NCBI GenBank assembly: GCA_014728535.1
Contig: WJLL01000053.1
Location: forward strand, 1 to 42,054
Length of the DNA stretch: 42,054 nucleotides
Direction: 5' to 3'
Origin: Candidatus Portnoybacteria bacterium
GTDB taxonomy: Bacteria; Patescibacteriota; Minisyncoccia; RBG-13-40-8-A
The position numbers were made by a program, and so were the translations under genes. Below, one piece after another: positions 17,342 to 26,655 of the stretch (position 1 is the first letter of the stretch; the number at the start of each line of letters is the position of its first letter). The notes below the pieces were generated by a model, which worked only from the letters and a program-made list of their open reading frames with translations, ran no database searches and had not been told where the DNA came from.

Positions 17342-18682
17342 ATGGAGCAAAACAATAAAAATCAAGAAGAAAAAAATCAAGAAGCTTCTGCTCCAGAAAA
17401 CAAGGAGGAACAAGACCTGCAAAGCAACCAACAACCAGAACCACCTAAACCAGAAGAAGAGTCTTTAGAAACAGAAGAAGAAACTGAAAACATGCCAGAA
17501 AAAGAAACAGAAGAAGAAGGAGAATTAAAAATAGAAGACAACAAAGAAGCAAGCGCTCAATCAGAGGCAGACGATGTCCTTTCAAAAGAAGATGATTCAG
17601 AGCCTATTAATGTGCTTCCAGAATACGAAATAAGAACAATGAAAAACGATCAAGCAGAAGCAGGCATTAAAAAGCTTGAAAAAGAGGCAGACAGGGAAGA
17701 ATTAAAAAAGAAAATAGAAAAAAGAGAAAGAGAATTAAGAGAAAAGAAGGAAGAAGAAAGCACTAGACCAATAAAAACAGCCCTTCCAAGCACAGAAGAG
17801 CTAATAGGCGCTTCTAAAAAACAAAAGTCAGAAAAAGTACCAGAGCCCCCAAAACCAGAAAAAGCGCCAGAACCACCTACGCCAGAAAAAACACCAGAAC
17901 CAACCAAGCCAGAAGCCCCAGAACCCCCAAAACCAGAATTAAAAAAGGAAACAGAAGAAAAACCAGAACCACCAAAGAATCTACCAACGCCAAGAAAATC
18001 AAAAAAAGGCATTTTAACTGTTTTAATAATAGCCATCCTTATTATCGGAATAGGCTTTGGTATATATTTTGGATTCTTTTCAAAAAAAGAACCAGAAACA
18101 ACACCTCCTGTCACAGAACAACCAAACCCTCCAGCAACACTAATACATGCAAACAAAACAACTATAATTGAAATAAAAAGCAAAGATTTAATAAAAGAAA
18201 AACTAGAAGAAAAAGAAAACCAAGCATTTAATCCAGGAACAATTGAAAGAATAGCCTTCTTAAAAGGAAGCACTTTCCTAACAACAACAGACATAATAGA
18301 AGGATTGAATATAAACATTCCTCCTTATGTTAAATCAGAATTTACAGAAGATCACACCCTATTCTTATACACGCAAAATGGGAAAAGACACCTGGGCATA
18401 GCAATAAGAATAGAAGGTCCAGAAAGCTTAAAAGAACAAATGAATTTCTGGGAAAAAACAATGATAGAAGACCTAAATCCAATATTCTTATCAAAAACAA
18501 CAAAAAATCCTGCCACTCAAGAATTTCAAGACAATACATATAAAAATGCAAGCATAAGATATATCAACTTTCCAGACCCAGATATAACAATAGATTATGC
18601 AATAACAAGCAATAACCTAATAATAACCACCAGCAAGGAAGCAATATATACAGCAATAGACAGAATTGTGGATAACCTGTAG
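17342..18682 (+). CDS. hypothetical single-pass membrane protein with an acidic N-terminus and PEPPKPE-type repeats
   Basis: 446 aa. About 215 aa of charged low complexity including PEPPKPEKAPEPPTPEKTPEPTKPEAPEPPKPE, one TM (GILTVLIIAILIIGIGFGIYFGFF), then a C-terminal domain of about 200 aa with normal composition. Confidence 0.6.
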   Translation: MEQNNKNQEEKNQEASAPENKEEQDLQSNQQPEPPKPEEESLETEEETENMPEKETEEEGELKIEDNKEASAQSEADDVLSKEDDSEPINVLPEYEIRTMKNDQAEAGIKKLEKEADREELKKKIEKRERELREKKEEESTRPIKTALPSTEELIGASKKQKSEKVPEPPKPEKAPEPPTPEKTPEPTKPEAPEPPKPELKKETEEKPEPPKNLPTPRKSKKGILTVLIIAILIIGIGFGIYFGFFSKKEPETTPPVTEQPNPPATLIHANKTTIIEIKSKDLIKEKLEEKENQAFNPGTIERIAFLKGSTFLTTTDIIEGLNINIPPYVKSEFTEDHTLFLYTQNGKRHLGIAIRIEGPESLKEQMNFWEKTMIEDLNPIFLSKTTKNPATQEFQDNTYKNASIRYINFPDPDITIDYAITSNNLIITTSKEAIYTAIDRIVDNL

Positions 18683-18804
18683 AAATCGCTTTATTAAAAT
18701 TATTTTATCAAGGTTTCGTCAATACTAAAAAGTTTGATTTTGAAGCTAAATTAAGAATTTTATTGACAAAAAAAGACTATAATTTTATTAAAATTCTTTT
18801 CCAC

Positions 18805-18832
18805 AAAAAAGACCGCCAAAAGGCGGTTTTTT
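18805..18832. terminator. bidirectional rho-independent terminator between convergent genes
   Basis: AAAAAAG-ACCGCC-AAAA-GGCGGT-TTTTTT. Confidence 0.75.
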
Positions 18833-18859
18833 AAATAAACAAACAATAAAATACATTTA

Positions 18860-19840
18860 TTAATAAATGTACCCTATAATTCTCCAATCATCTTTATGAA
18901 GAGTTCTTACTTTTTTAATACCATAACCAAGATGCATTTCAGATATAGTAACATATGGACCATTTACTGATTCTACATAAGCAACATGACCATAATATGG
19001 ATGTTCTCTAGTAGCTATAACAGCTCCAGGGCGAGGTTCTGATCCTGTAGCAAACCCGTATCTAGGCGCCTTATAAATCCATGTCTTTGCATGACCACTC
19101 CAAGGAATATATCTTCTCTGAGCAACATACCAAGTACATTGTCCCCAAGGAAATTGATGGCTTTGGTTTGAATAAGGCCTTGGAAAAGTATTAGCAGTAG
19201 CATATGTTCTTGTTGGATAATAATAAACAGGCTTTTCGCCATTAGGAATAATTATTTCCTGTCCAACAGCCAATTCTCCATCAGCAGGCAGACCATTAAA
19301 CTCAATGGTTTCTTCAAAGTCTCCATGGTATTTATCTACAATGCCTTGCAAGGTATCACCGCTTTTAACTGTATAACTAATACCAGAAACAGGAAGAATA
19401 ACCAACTCTTGTCCTGGCTTAATATAGTCCCAAGAACCAAGATCATTAGCCCACAATAGCGTATTTGTAGAAATGCCAAACAAAGCAGCTATCTTAGAAG
19501 GAACGTCTCCAGGCTTAACTGTATAAGTAATCTTAGCACTTCTTTCTTTTCCTAAATAAGGCAGCTCGCCAGAAGGAGAGTGAGTAGAAATATAAGCACT
19601 ACCAAGCAACACATTAGATGTTTCAAAATAACCCTCATTAACATAAACCTCTTCTATTATTGTTTCATTAGAATTTAAATACTCTGAAGCATAAACAAAA
19701 GATCCTCTCCTTATTATTTCTGTTTCTTCATCAACAGGATAAGTACCAAAACTATCAGCAATGGTTTGAGTTAATGTAACACAAACAAAGACAATAAAAA
19801 TAATTGCTACTGCCCTCCCAAAAGAGAGTTTTCGCAGCAA
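18860..19840 (-). CDS. peptidoglycan hydrolase: signal anchor, two LysM domains and a C-terminal CHAP domain
   Basis: LysM 1 is YTVKPGDVPSKIAALFGISTNTLLWANDL and LysM 2 is YTVKSGDTLQGIVDKYHGDFEETIEFNGL. CHAP Cys context is PWGQCTWYVA and His context is YGHVAYVE. The only in-frame start before the TM segment is TTG at 19840. Confidence 0.82.
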   Translation of the reverse strand: MLRKLSFGRAVAIIFIVFVCVTLTQTIADSFGTYPVDEETEIIRRGSFVYASEYLNSNETIIEEVYVNEGYFETSNVLLGSAYISTHSPSGELPYLGKERSAKITYTVKPGDVPSKIAALFGISTNTLLWANDLGSWDYIKPGQELVILPVSGISYTVKSGDTLQGIVDKYHGDFEETIEFNGLPADGELAVGQEIIIPNGEKPVYYYPTRTYATANTFPRPYSNQSHQFPWGQCTWYVAQRRYIPWSGHAKTWIYKAPRYGFATGSEPRPGAVIATREHPYYGHVAYVESVNGPYVTISEMHLGYGIKKVRTLHKDDWRIIGYIY

Positions 19841-20139
19841 TTTTTTAAATTTGTTGCTATTTCCCTTTTCTCTTATGCTTCCTTTTCTAGAGAAAAGAGT
19901 TGTTTTTTTCCTATAAATAAGATTGTCTTAACAGATAATCTAGAATAAAAAATGTTAATCTTACCGCATTAACACTAATATAAGCTTAGCATAGCAAATA
20001 TTCAATGTCAAGCCTTTTAAGCAAAAGGCAAAAAATCCAAAACACTTGAAAATTGCCTTCTCAACGGAGTTCTTAAAAGAACTATGATGTCGGGATTTTT
20101 TTATTTCACCAACTTCTTTAATTTTGCTAAAATACTATT

Positions 20140-22050
20140 ATGGATGCACTAAGAGAATTAAATCCAAAACAGAGAAAGGCTGTTCAAACAACAGAAGGGC
20201 CTGTTTTAATATTGGCTGGCCCAGGATCAGGAAAAACAAAAGTACTCACATACAGACTAGCATATTTAATGCAAAAAGAAATAAGGCCAGAAAACATAAT
20301 AGCACTGACATTCACAAACAAAGCAGCAGAAGAAATGAAGCAAAGAGTGTCAATAATCTTAAATAAAAAATCCCCTCTTCCTTTTATAGGAACATTTCAT
20401 TCTTTTGGATTAAGAATCTTAAGAAAAGAAATAGATAAAATAAAAGGATATAAAAAATCTTTTACAATATATGACGAAGAAGACAAAAAAAGACTAATAA
20501 AGAAATTAATAAAAAGACTAGAAATAAACAAAGAACAATTCAATTATAAGAAAGTAGCTGCAACAATATCAGCCCTAAAAAGCGAAATTATCGATCCAAA
20601 AGAATATGAAAGCCAGGCAAGCGAATTCTTTGAAAAAACAATAAGCAAAATATATACAGAATATCAAAAAGAATTAAAAAACAACAATGCTCTTGATTTT
20701 GATGATTTAATAATGTTTTGCGTAAAACTGTTCCAAAAAAATCCAGAAACATTAAAAAAATACCAAAACCAATTTAAATACATATTAGTAGATGAATATC
20801 AAGATACAGATATGGCCCAATACAAATTAATAAGAATGCTTTCAGAGAAACATCAAAATCTTTGCGTAGTAGGAGATGACGCCCAATCAATATATAGTTT
20901 CAGAAATGCAGATTTTAGAAATATATTAAACTTTGAAAAAGATTATCCAAAAGCAAAAACAATAACCCTAGACCAAAATTATAGATCAACTCAAGTCATC
21001 TTAGACGCAGCATCTGAATTAATATCAAGAAACACGTATCAAAAAACAAAAAACCTATGGACCAAAAACTCATCAGGACCACCAATATCACTAGTCCAAT
21101 CAAGGAATGAAAAAACAGAAGCAGAAATAATAGCAAAAAAAATAAAGGAATTTTCAAAAAAAGGATTTAATTTAAATGATTTTGCAGTATTTTACAGAAC
21201 AAATGCTCAATCAAGAGCATTAGAAGAATCATTTATTCAAAACAATATACCATATAAGCTAATAGGAGGAACGAAATTCTATCAAAGAAAAGAAATAAAA
21301 GATATTATTGCTTATCTAAAATTCATACAAAACAATGATGAAATAAGCATGGAAAGAATAATAAACACGCCAAGAAGAGGAATAGGAAAAATAACTCTAA
21401 AAAAAATACAAACCCAAGGAATAAAAAAGCAAACAAAAAAAGAAATAAAAGAATTCTATAATCTAATACAAAATCTAAAAGAAAAATCAAAGAAAACTCC
21501 CTTATCTGAACTAATAAAAGAATTAACAAAAAAAATAAAATACAAAGAATATCTAAAAAATAAATACGGAGACAGCCAAACAAAAGAGGGCGTACCTGAA
21601 TACGAAGCAAGATGGCAAAATGTGAAAGAACTAATAAACATGTCAACAGAATTTGACAAATCACCAAAAGGACTAGAAGAATTCTTAGAAAAAACAGCTC
21701 TATTTTCAGAAACAGACGAAATAACAAAAGAAAAACAAGTAGTCCACCTAATGACCCTGCACACAGCAAAAGGACTAGAGTTCCCAGTTGTATTTATAAA
21801 AGGATGCGAAGAAGGAATTCTTCCTCATTCTCGCAGCCTATTAAATCCTCTAGATATAGAGGAAGAAAGAAGATTACTTTATGTAGGAATAACGAGAACA
21901 AAAAAGCACCTATATATCACCTACGCTCAAACAAGAACAAGCTGGGGAAGTATAGAGGCAAATCCACCATCAAGATTTTTAAATGAAATACCAGAACACC
22001 TAATCACAGCAGAAACAGACGAAGAAGAAATAGATTTAATAGATTTTTAA
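20140..22050 (+). CDS. pcrA: UvrD/PcrA/Rep-family ATP-dependent DNA helicase
   Basis: 636 aa with SF1 motifs AGPGSGKT, LVDEYQDT, VGDDAQSIYSFR, DQNYRST, TLHTAKGLEF and LLYVGITRTKK. Confidence 0.9.
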   Translation: MDALRELNPKQRKAVQTTEGPVLILAGPGSGKTKVLTYRLAYLMQKEIRPENIIALTFTNKAAEEMKQRVSIILNKKSPLPFIGTFHSFGLRILRKEIDKIKGYKKSFTIYDEEDKKRLIKKLIKRLEINKEQFNYKKVAATISALKSEIIDPKEYESQASEFFEKTISKIYTEYQKELKNNNALDFDDLIMFCVKLFQKNPETLKKYQNQFKYILVDEYQDTDMAQYKLIRMLSEKHQNLCVVGDDAQSIYSFRNADFRNILNFEKDYPKAKTITLDQNYRSTQVILDAASELISRNTYQKTKNLWTKNSSGPPISLVQSRNEKTEAEIIAKKIKEFSKKGFNLNDFAVFYRTNAQSRALEESFIQNNIPYKLIGGTKFYQRKEIKDIIAYLKFIQNNDEISMERIINTPRRGIGKITLKKIQTQGIKKQTKKEIKEFYNLIQNLKEKSKKTPLSELIKELTKKIKYKEYLKNKYGDSQTKEGVPEYEARWQNVKELINMSTEFDKSPKGLEEFLEKTALFSETDEITKEKQVVHLMTLHTAKGLEFPVVFIKGCEEGILPHSRSLLNPLDIEEERRLLYVGITRTKKHLYITYAQTRTSWGSIEANPPSRFLNEIPEHLITAETDEEEIDLIDF

Positions 22051-22847
22051 TGAAAAATACAAAAGAAAAATTAAAACAATATAATATCAGGCCAACAAAA
22101 AAATTAGGCCAGAATTTTTTAACAAACAAAGATTCTTTAAATAAAATATTAAAGGCAATAGACCCAAAACAAGACGACACCATAATAGAAATTGGCCCAG
22201 GACTAGGAGCATTAACAAAGGAATTATCAAAAAAAGCAAAAAAAATAATAGCAATAGAAAAAGACAAAAGACTATACAATGTCCTCAAGCAAAATATAAA
22301 GAACAAAAACATAGAATTAATAAACAAGGACATACTAGAATATCAACCACCAAAAATAAAATACAAGCTGGCAGGCAACATCCCCTACTACATAACCTCC
22401 CCAATAATCAGAAAATTCCTAGAAGAAAAAAGCAAGCCAGAAAAAATAACCCTAACAACACAAAAAGAAGTAGCTCAAAGGATATGCCAACAACCACCAA
22501 AAACAAACCTTTTAGCAATATCTGTTCAATTCTATGCAATACCTAAAATAGAAGCACACATACCAAAAGAACATTTCTCGCCAAAACCAAAAGTAGATTC
22601 AGCAATAATAAATATAAAACCAAAAAAACAACTCCCTCTAAAAGAAAATCAAATAAAAGATTTTTTTAAATTAATTAAAATAGGCTTTTCCTCAAAAAGA
22701 AAAACCCTTTTAAATAATTTAAATTCAAAAATAAAAAAAGAAAAATCAGAAATAGAAAAAATACTAAAAAAATCAAACATAAAAAGCAAAGTCAGAGCAG
22801 AAAGCTTATCAATCCAAGACTGGCTAAATCTTTTCCACAATATATAG
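22050..22847 (+). CDS. rsmA: 16S rRNA (adenine1518/1519-N6)-dimethyltransferase
   Basis: KKLGQNFL, SAM motif IIEIGPGLGALT, and GNIPYYITSPI. There is a 1-nt TAATG overlap with pcrA. Confidence 0.9.
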   Translation: MKNTKEKLKQYNIRPTKKLGQNFLTNKDSLNKILKAIDPKQDDTIIEIGPGLGALTKELSKKAKKIIAIEKDKRLYNVLKQNIKNKNIELINKDILEYQPPKIKYKLAGNIPYYITSPIIRKFLEEKSKPEKITLTTQKEVAQRICQQPPKTNLLAISVQFYAIPKIEAHIPKEHFSPKPKVDSAIINIKPKKQLPLKENQIKDFFKLIKIGFSSKRKTLLNNLNSKIKKEKSEIEKILKKSNIKSKVRAESLSIQDWLNLFHNI

Positions 22848-22850
22848 TTT

Positions 22851-22876
22851 TTGACAATTTAATTTAATGGTATAAT
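22851..22876 (+). promoter_or_regulatory. candidate extended -10 promoter of the T4SS-like operon
   Basis: TTGACA (22851..22856) and TGGTATAAT (TGn plus perfect TATAAT at 22871..22876). The spacer is only 14 nt, so the extended -10 element would carry most of the recognition. It lies 24 nt upstream of the ATG at 22901. Confidence 0.5.
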
Positions 22877-22900
22877 AAAACCATAAAATCAAAAAGAACT

Positions 22901-23911
22901 ATGACCAAAGAAAAAGGTACAAAACTACCTATAGCAGCTATAGTGTCAGCTACATTTTTGGCTATTGCTTTAATAATTTTTATAGGAGCATATAGTGAAA
23001 AGGAGGCTTTTTCAAAAATAAATCTTTGGGGAGCAAAAGAAACAGAAATTGAATCAAGAAACAAAGACACAGACCAAGACGGATTAAAGGACTGGGAAGA
23101 AAACCTATATGACACAGACCCAACAAACCCAGACACTGACGGAGACGGCTATCTAGACGGAGAAGAAATAGATTCAGGCCACAATCCAACAGTAAAAGGG
23201 CCAGGAGATCAACTAGCATTCTATCCCCTTCCCCTAGGAGAAAAATACAATATCACCCAAAGAGTATTTACTGATTCGGAAAAAATAATAAAAAATTATT
23301 TAATCCAAAAAAGCCAATTCTTAGAAGATCACCCAGAAATAAACAGTCCAGAAGAATTCTTAGCGCAGATTGATCAAACAACACTAAATGAGCTTTTTAA
23401 AAGAGCAATACTAGAAAACCAAAAAGACTGGGCAGAAAGAGCAGAAAAAATACTGGAGGAATCTCCAGAAATATTTGAAATACAAGTTTCAGATCAAGAC
23501 ATATACATATCAGAAGACAATAGCGCAGAAAACAAACAAAAATATCTAAGCAAGCTATCAGAATACATAAACTCCCAAGACTTCTTTCTACAAGAGAGAA
23601 GTTTTTTGCTATTAAAAAACGATCTCCCTCAAAACAAATTCACCGACCTAGAAAACCTAATAAAAGAAAATGAAAGGCAAATAAGAAGACTAAGAGAAAC
23701 AGAAGTCCCCTCATCTCTAAAAGAAATACACAAAAAAGTATTAAAAATATCAATAACCCTAAGAAACATATTTATATCAGCCATAGATTATGATTCAGAT
23801 CCAATGAAGGCAGTAATAGGATTAAACAAAGCAAAGGACGCAATAAAGCTATGGGAAGCTCTATCCCCTCAAATACAAAAAGCTGCTGAAGAAAATAATG
23901 TAGAAATATGA
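22901..23911 (+). CDS. membrane-anchored protein with thrombospondin type-3-like Ca-binding repeats
   Basis: 336 aa. N-terminal TM (LPIAAIVSATFLAIALIIFIGAY), then DTDQDGLKDWEENLYDTDPTNPDTDGDGYLDGEEIDSGHNP (DxDxDG repeats). The rest is helical and unassigned. First ORF of the block. Confidence 0.6.
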   Translation: MTKEKGTKLPIAAIVSATFLAIALIIFIGAYSEKEAFSKINLWGAKETEIESRNKDTDQDGLKDWEENLYDTDPTNPDTDGDGYLDGEEIDSGHNPTVKGPGDQLAFYPLPLGEKYNITQRVFTDSEKIIKNYLIQKSQFLEDHPEINSPEEFLAQIDQTTLNELFKRAILENQKDWAERAEKILEESPEIFEIQVSDQDIYISEDNSAENKQKYLSKLSEYINSQDFFLQERSFLLLKNDLPQNKFTDLENLIKENERQIRRLRETEVPSSLKEIHKKVLKISITLRNIFISAIDYDSDPMKAVIGLNKAKDAIKLWEALSPQIQKAAEENNVEI

Positions 23912-26649
23912 AAAAATCTATTGCAATAATTTTAATTATCGCATTGACCCTGAGCCTAGGGATGAATTTTTTAATATTTAAGCCCAAAAAAGCAAATGCA
24001 GTATTAGGAATTGGAGACATAACAGTGGATATAGTAAATCAAGTAAAAGAGTGGGTCTTAGACCAGCTACCAAAAAGCCTGGCTAGGCATGGAATGGTAA
24101 GGATACAACAAGAAATAGCTAGATGGGCCCAAGGAGGATTTACCGAAGAAAACAAGCCCTTTGCAATGACTGACTGGAAAGCAGAGGTAAATCAAGCTTT
24201 AAACATTGCCTCAGGAAGGTTTATACAAGAATTTAATCTAACGCCTCTTTGTATGCCACTCCAAATAAGCATAGGAGAGCGCTTGGAGCTAAATAGGCCA
24301 TATTATTCTGTGCCCTATACTCAATATGCAGCCTGCACAATCGATCAAGTAGTAGATAATGCAGAAGCTTTTTGGGAAAACCCATCCATAAGCGTATACG
24401 GATGGGATACATGGAGTGCATTAATGAGGCCTGAAAATAATATCTTTGGAGCAACATTAATGGCAATAGAAAGAAGAGCAGAGATAGAGGAAGAAGAAGT
24501 AGAAGAAAAAGAAAAAGAATTCGAAGCAGGACAAGGATATATGAATGAAAATGAATGCATGGAAGAACAAGTATTAACAGAAGAACAATTAGAAGCGTGC
24601 AAAAACAAATGTAGAGAAGATGAGAAAGCACAAACTGACCCTATGTGGCTAGCAAGCTGCATATACAAATGCGATAGTCAAAACACAGGCATATGTCTTG
24701 AATATAGAACAACAAATGTAGGATCTAGCATTCATTCTTCTGTTGAAAAAAGCATAGGCTCAGACATTGACTGGCTAATAACAGCAGATGAAATTACTGA
24801 ATTATTAAATCTTGTTTTTTCAAGCCTCTTCTCTAAAATGATGCATGGCATAGGATTAACAGGAAGCTCTTATGCGGCCACAAGCGACATATCGAAACAG
24901 CAACTAGAATATGGCTATCATTCAGACTACAAAAAATCTTTAACATCAGCAGACATAAAAGAAGCAAGAAGAAATATATTAGAAAATATTCTTAATTCAG
25001 TTAAAAAGCTATCAACTACAAGCTATGAGTGTGACACAAAACACCAACTAGAGGGAAGGGTTTTTCAAGAAATGGTTGCAGAAATAATAGATCAAGAAGC
25101 CCAGCATCTATATTCTGTATCAGAAGGAGTAGATCTTAAACCAGACTTCCAAGTATTAGACAGCGCAGTTGCTGTAAACAACGGCTATGCAGTATATGGG
25201 CAAACATGGGATGATATTCCTTTAAGCAAGTACCCTCAAAAATGCCTAGAAACAACAGACACGCAGTGCAAAAATATAACAACAAGACTTCCATATGAGC
25301 TAAATATAAGCAACATAAACGATGAATGCTCAACCGGTTGTTTAGGAAGAATAAATGAATACAGAATAGAAGGATTCACGGACGCAGAGGCTGTAACAAA
25401 GGCAACACAAGATGGATATTGCTCAACAACAACAATAGGAACTGCCTGCATAGAAGGAGCTCATTTAATAAACAAAACAAAAAATAGATGCGAGGACTGT
25501 ATAACAAAAGCAGAAAGTATTTGCAGTACAAAAATAGGAGATGAAAGAGAGAGCTGTATAGAACTTTATTGCAGCAACTATGAAGATATATCAACATCAA
25601 TAACAAGCGCAGAAGACTTTTACAACCGCTGTGGTACTTCTATAACAAAAGAGGGCTGCTATACATGCCTAAAAGAGTACTTTATGCCTGCATATTATTG
25701 CTGGCAAATGTATGAATATGTAAACAGAGCCTTTATAAAATACCCAGCCCAAGCAAAAGAAGATTTATGGTGGGGAGGATATAATGACTTTGACTTATCA
25801 GACCCTTATTGTCCCGACAACAGAACTCCGTCAGACGCAAAAATACCAGTTGGTTTAGTTTGTAGAATATTGCCAAATTACAATATGAAAACTTTAACAT
25901 GTGAAGCGCTCTGTAATACAACAGAAGAAGAATTAAAAGACATAACAGACAATGAACCTCAAAATGTCGATTGTGCTGACGCAACAGGAGCTCCTTTGCA
26001 ATGGGATTTAGATGCCTTCCATCCAGGAGGACAATATTTAGATCATTTATCAACAAAAAGAACTAAGTGTTGTGGAGCGCTTACCGGCCACAACATATCT
26101 TTGTATTTAAAGTGCAGAGGCGAAGTAGGAGACTCGTCACAACAACACGAAACCCCAACCCCCTGCGAAGACTGGAACCCAAACTACAAAGGAGTGGGAG
26201 GACTAAGCAACATGTCTCTGGCATACCCAAATAGAAGCTTCAGCGAAGAGATATTAAAACCAGACGCTTACACTTCTGAAGCATATCTTGTTTCAATGAA
26301 AGATCCATACAGAGGAGCTACTCTATATATTAGCGAACCATATTGTGATGCTAAAAGAACATATGCTGATGGATCGGTTTCGGAATTCGATATAAATGGA
26401 GATGGGAAATTTAGTGACGAATTTGTAGATGATCCTAGATTTGAAGGACACTTTCTGGGCTATTGCAGAAACAAGACAACAGGAAACTACAAAAACCCAA
26501 CAGACATAATATGTAAAATAGATTTGTCAGAATATTCCTCTGCAGAAGAAGCATCAAAAGCTTGTCCAGAATTAGGAAATTACTCTGGAGGACTGTGGGG
26601 AACCATTCGCTACCCTAAAGGAGGAGTGGCTATATGCGTGCCAAAATAA
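23908..26649 (+). CDS. large secreted cysteine-rich orphan protein (913 aa)
   Basis: Signal/anchor MKKSIAIILIIALTLSLGMNFLIF. I counted about 38 Cys by hand, spread through the mature part. No family motif recognised. ATGA overlap with the upstream ORF. Confidence 0.6.
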   Translation: MKKSIAIILIIALTLSLGMNFLIFKPKKANAVLGIGDITVDIVNQVKEWVLDQLPKSLARHGMVRIQQEIARWAQGGFTEENKPFAMTDWKAEVNQALNIASGRFIQEFNLTPLCMPLQISIGERLELNRPYYSVPYTQYAACTIDQVVDNAEAFWENPSISVYGWDTWSALMRPENNIFGATLMAIERRAEIEEEEVEEKEKEFEAGQGYMNENECMEEQVLTEEQLEACKNKCREDEKAQTDPMWLASCIYKCDSQNTGICLEYRTTNVGSSIHSSVEKSIGSDIDWLITADEITELLNLVFSSLFSKMMHGIGLTGSSYAATSDISKQQLEYGYHSDYKKSLTSADIKEARRNILENILNSVKKLSTTSYECDTKHQLEGRVFQEMVAEIIDQEAQHLYSVSEGVDLKPDFQVLDSAVAVNNGYAVYGQTWDDIPLSKYPQKCLETTDTQCKNITTRLPYELNISNINDECSTGCLGRINEYRIEGFTDAEAVTKATQDGYCSTTTIGTACIEGAHLINKTKNRCEDCITKAESICSTKIGDERESCIELYCSNYEDISTSITSAEDFYNRCGTSITKEGCYTCLKEYFMPAYYCWQMYEYVNRAFIKYPAQAKEDLWWGGYNDFDLSDPYCPDNRTPSDAKIPVGLVCRILPNYNMKTLTCEALCNTTEEELKDITDNEPQNVDCADATGAPLQWDLDAFHPGGQYLDHLSTKRTKCCGALTGHNISLYLKCRGEVGDSSQQHETPTPCEDWNPNYKGVGGLSNMSLAYPNRSFSEEILKPDAYTSEAYLVSMKDPYRGATLYISEPYCDAKRTYADGSVSEFDINGDGKFSDEFVDDPRFEGHFLGYCRNKTTGNYKNPTDIICKIDLSEYSSAEEASKACPELGNYSGGLWGTIRYPKGGVAICVPK

Positions 26650-26655
26650 AGAATT

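Noticed and set aside
17840-17940. Short imperfect tandem repeats (CCAGAACCNCCNAAACCAGAA-like), considered as a CRISPR or satellite array.
   Set aside because: They are in frame within a long ORF and encode the PEPPKPE motif. They are not separated by unique spacers and no cas genes are present.
18683-18804. TTGACA...TATAAT pair in the 18683..18859 spacer, considered as a promoter.
   Set aside because: The hexamers are separated by only 9 nt and no downstream gene lies in that orientation before the terminator.
20124-20366. 80-aa and other short plus-strand ORFs overlapping pcrA out of frame (20124..20366 and 21804..21986).
   Set aside because: They are basic, low-complexity translations of the A-rich helicase coding sequence in another frame, and they have no independent signals.
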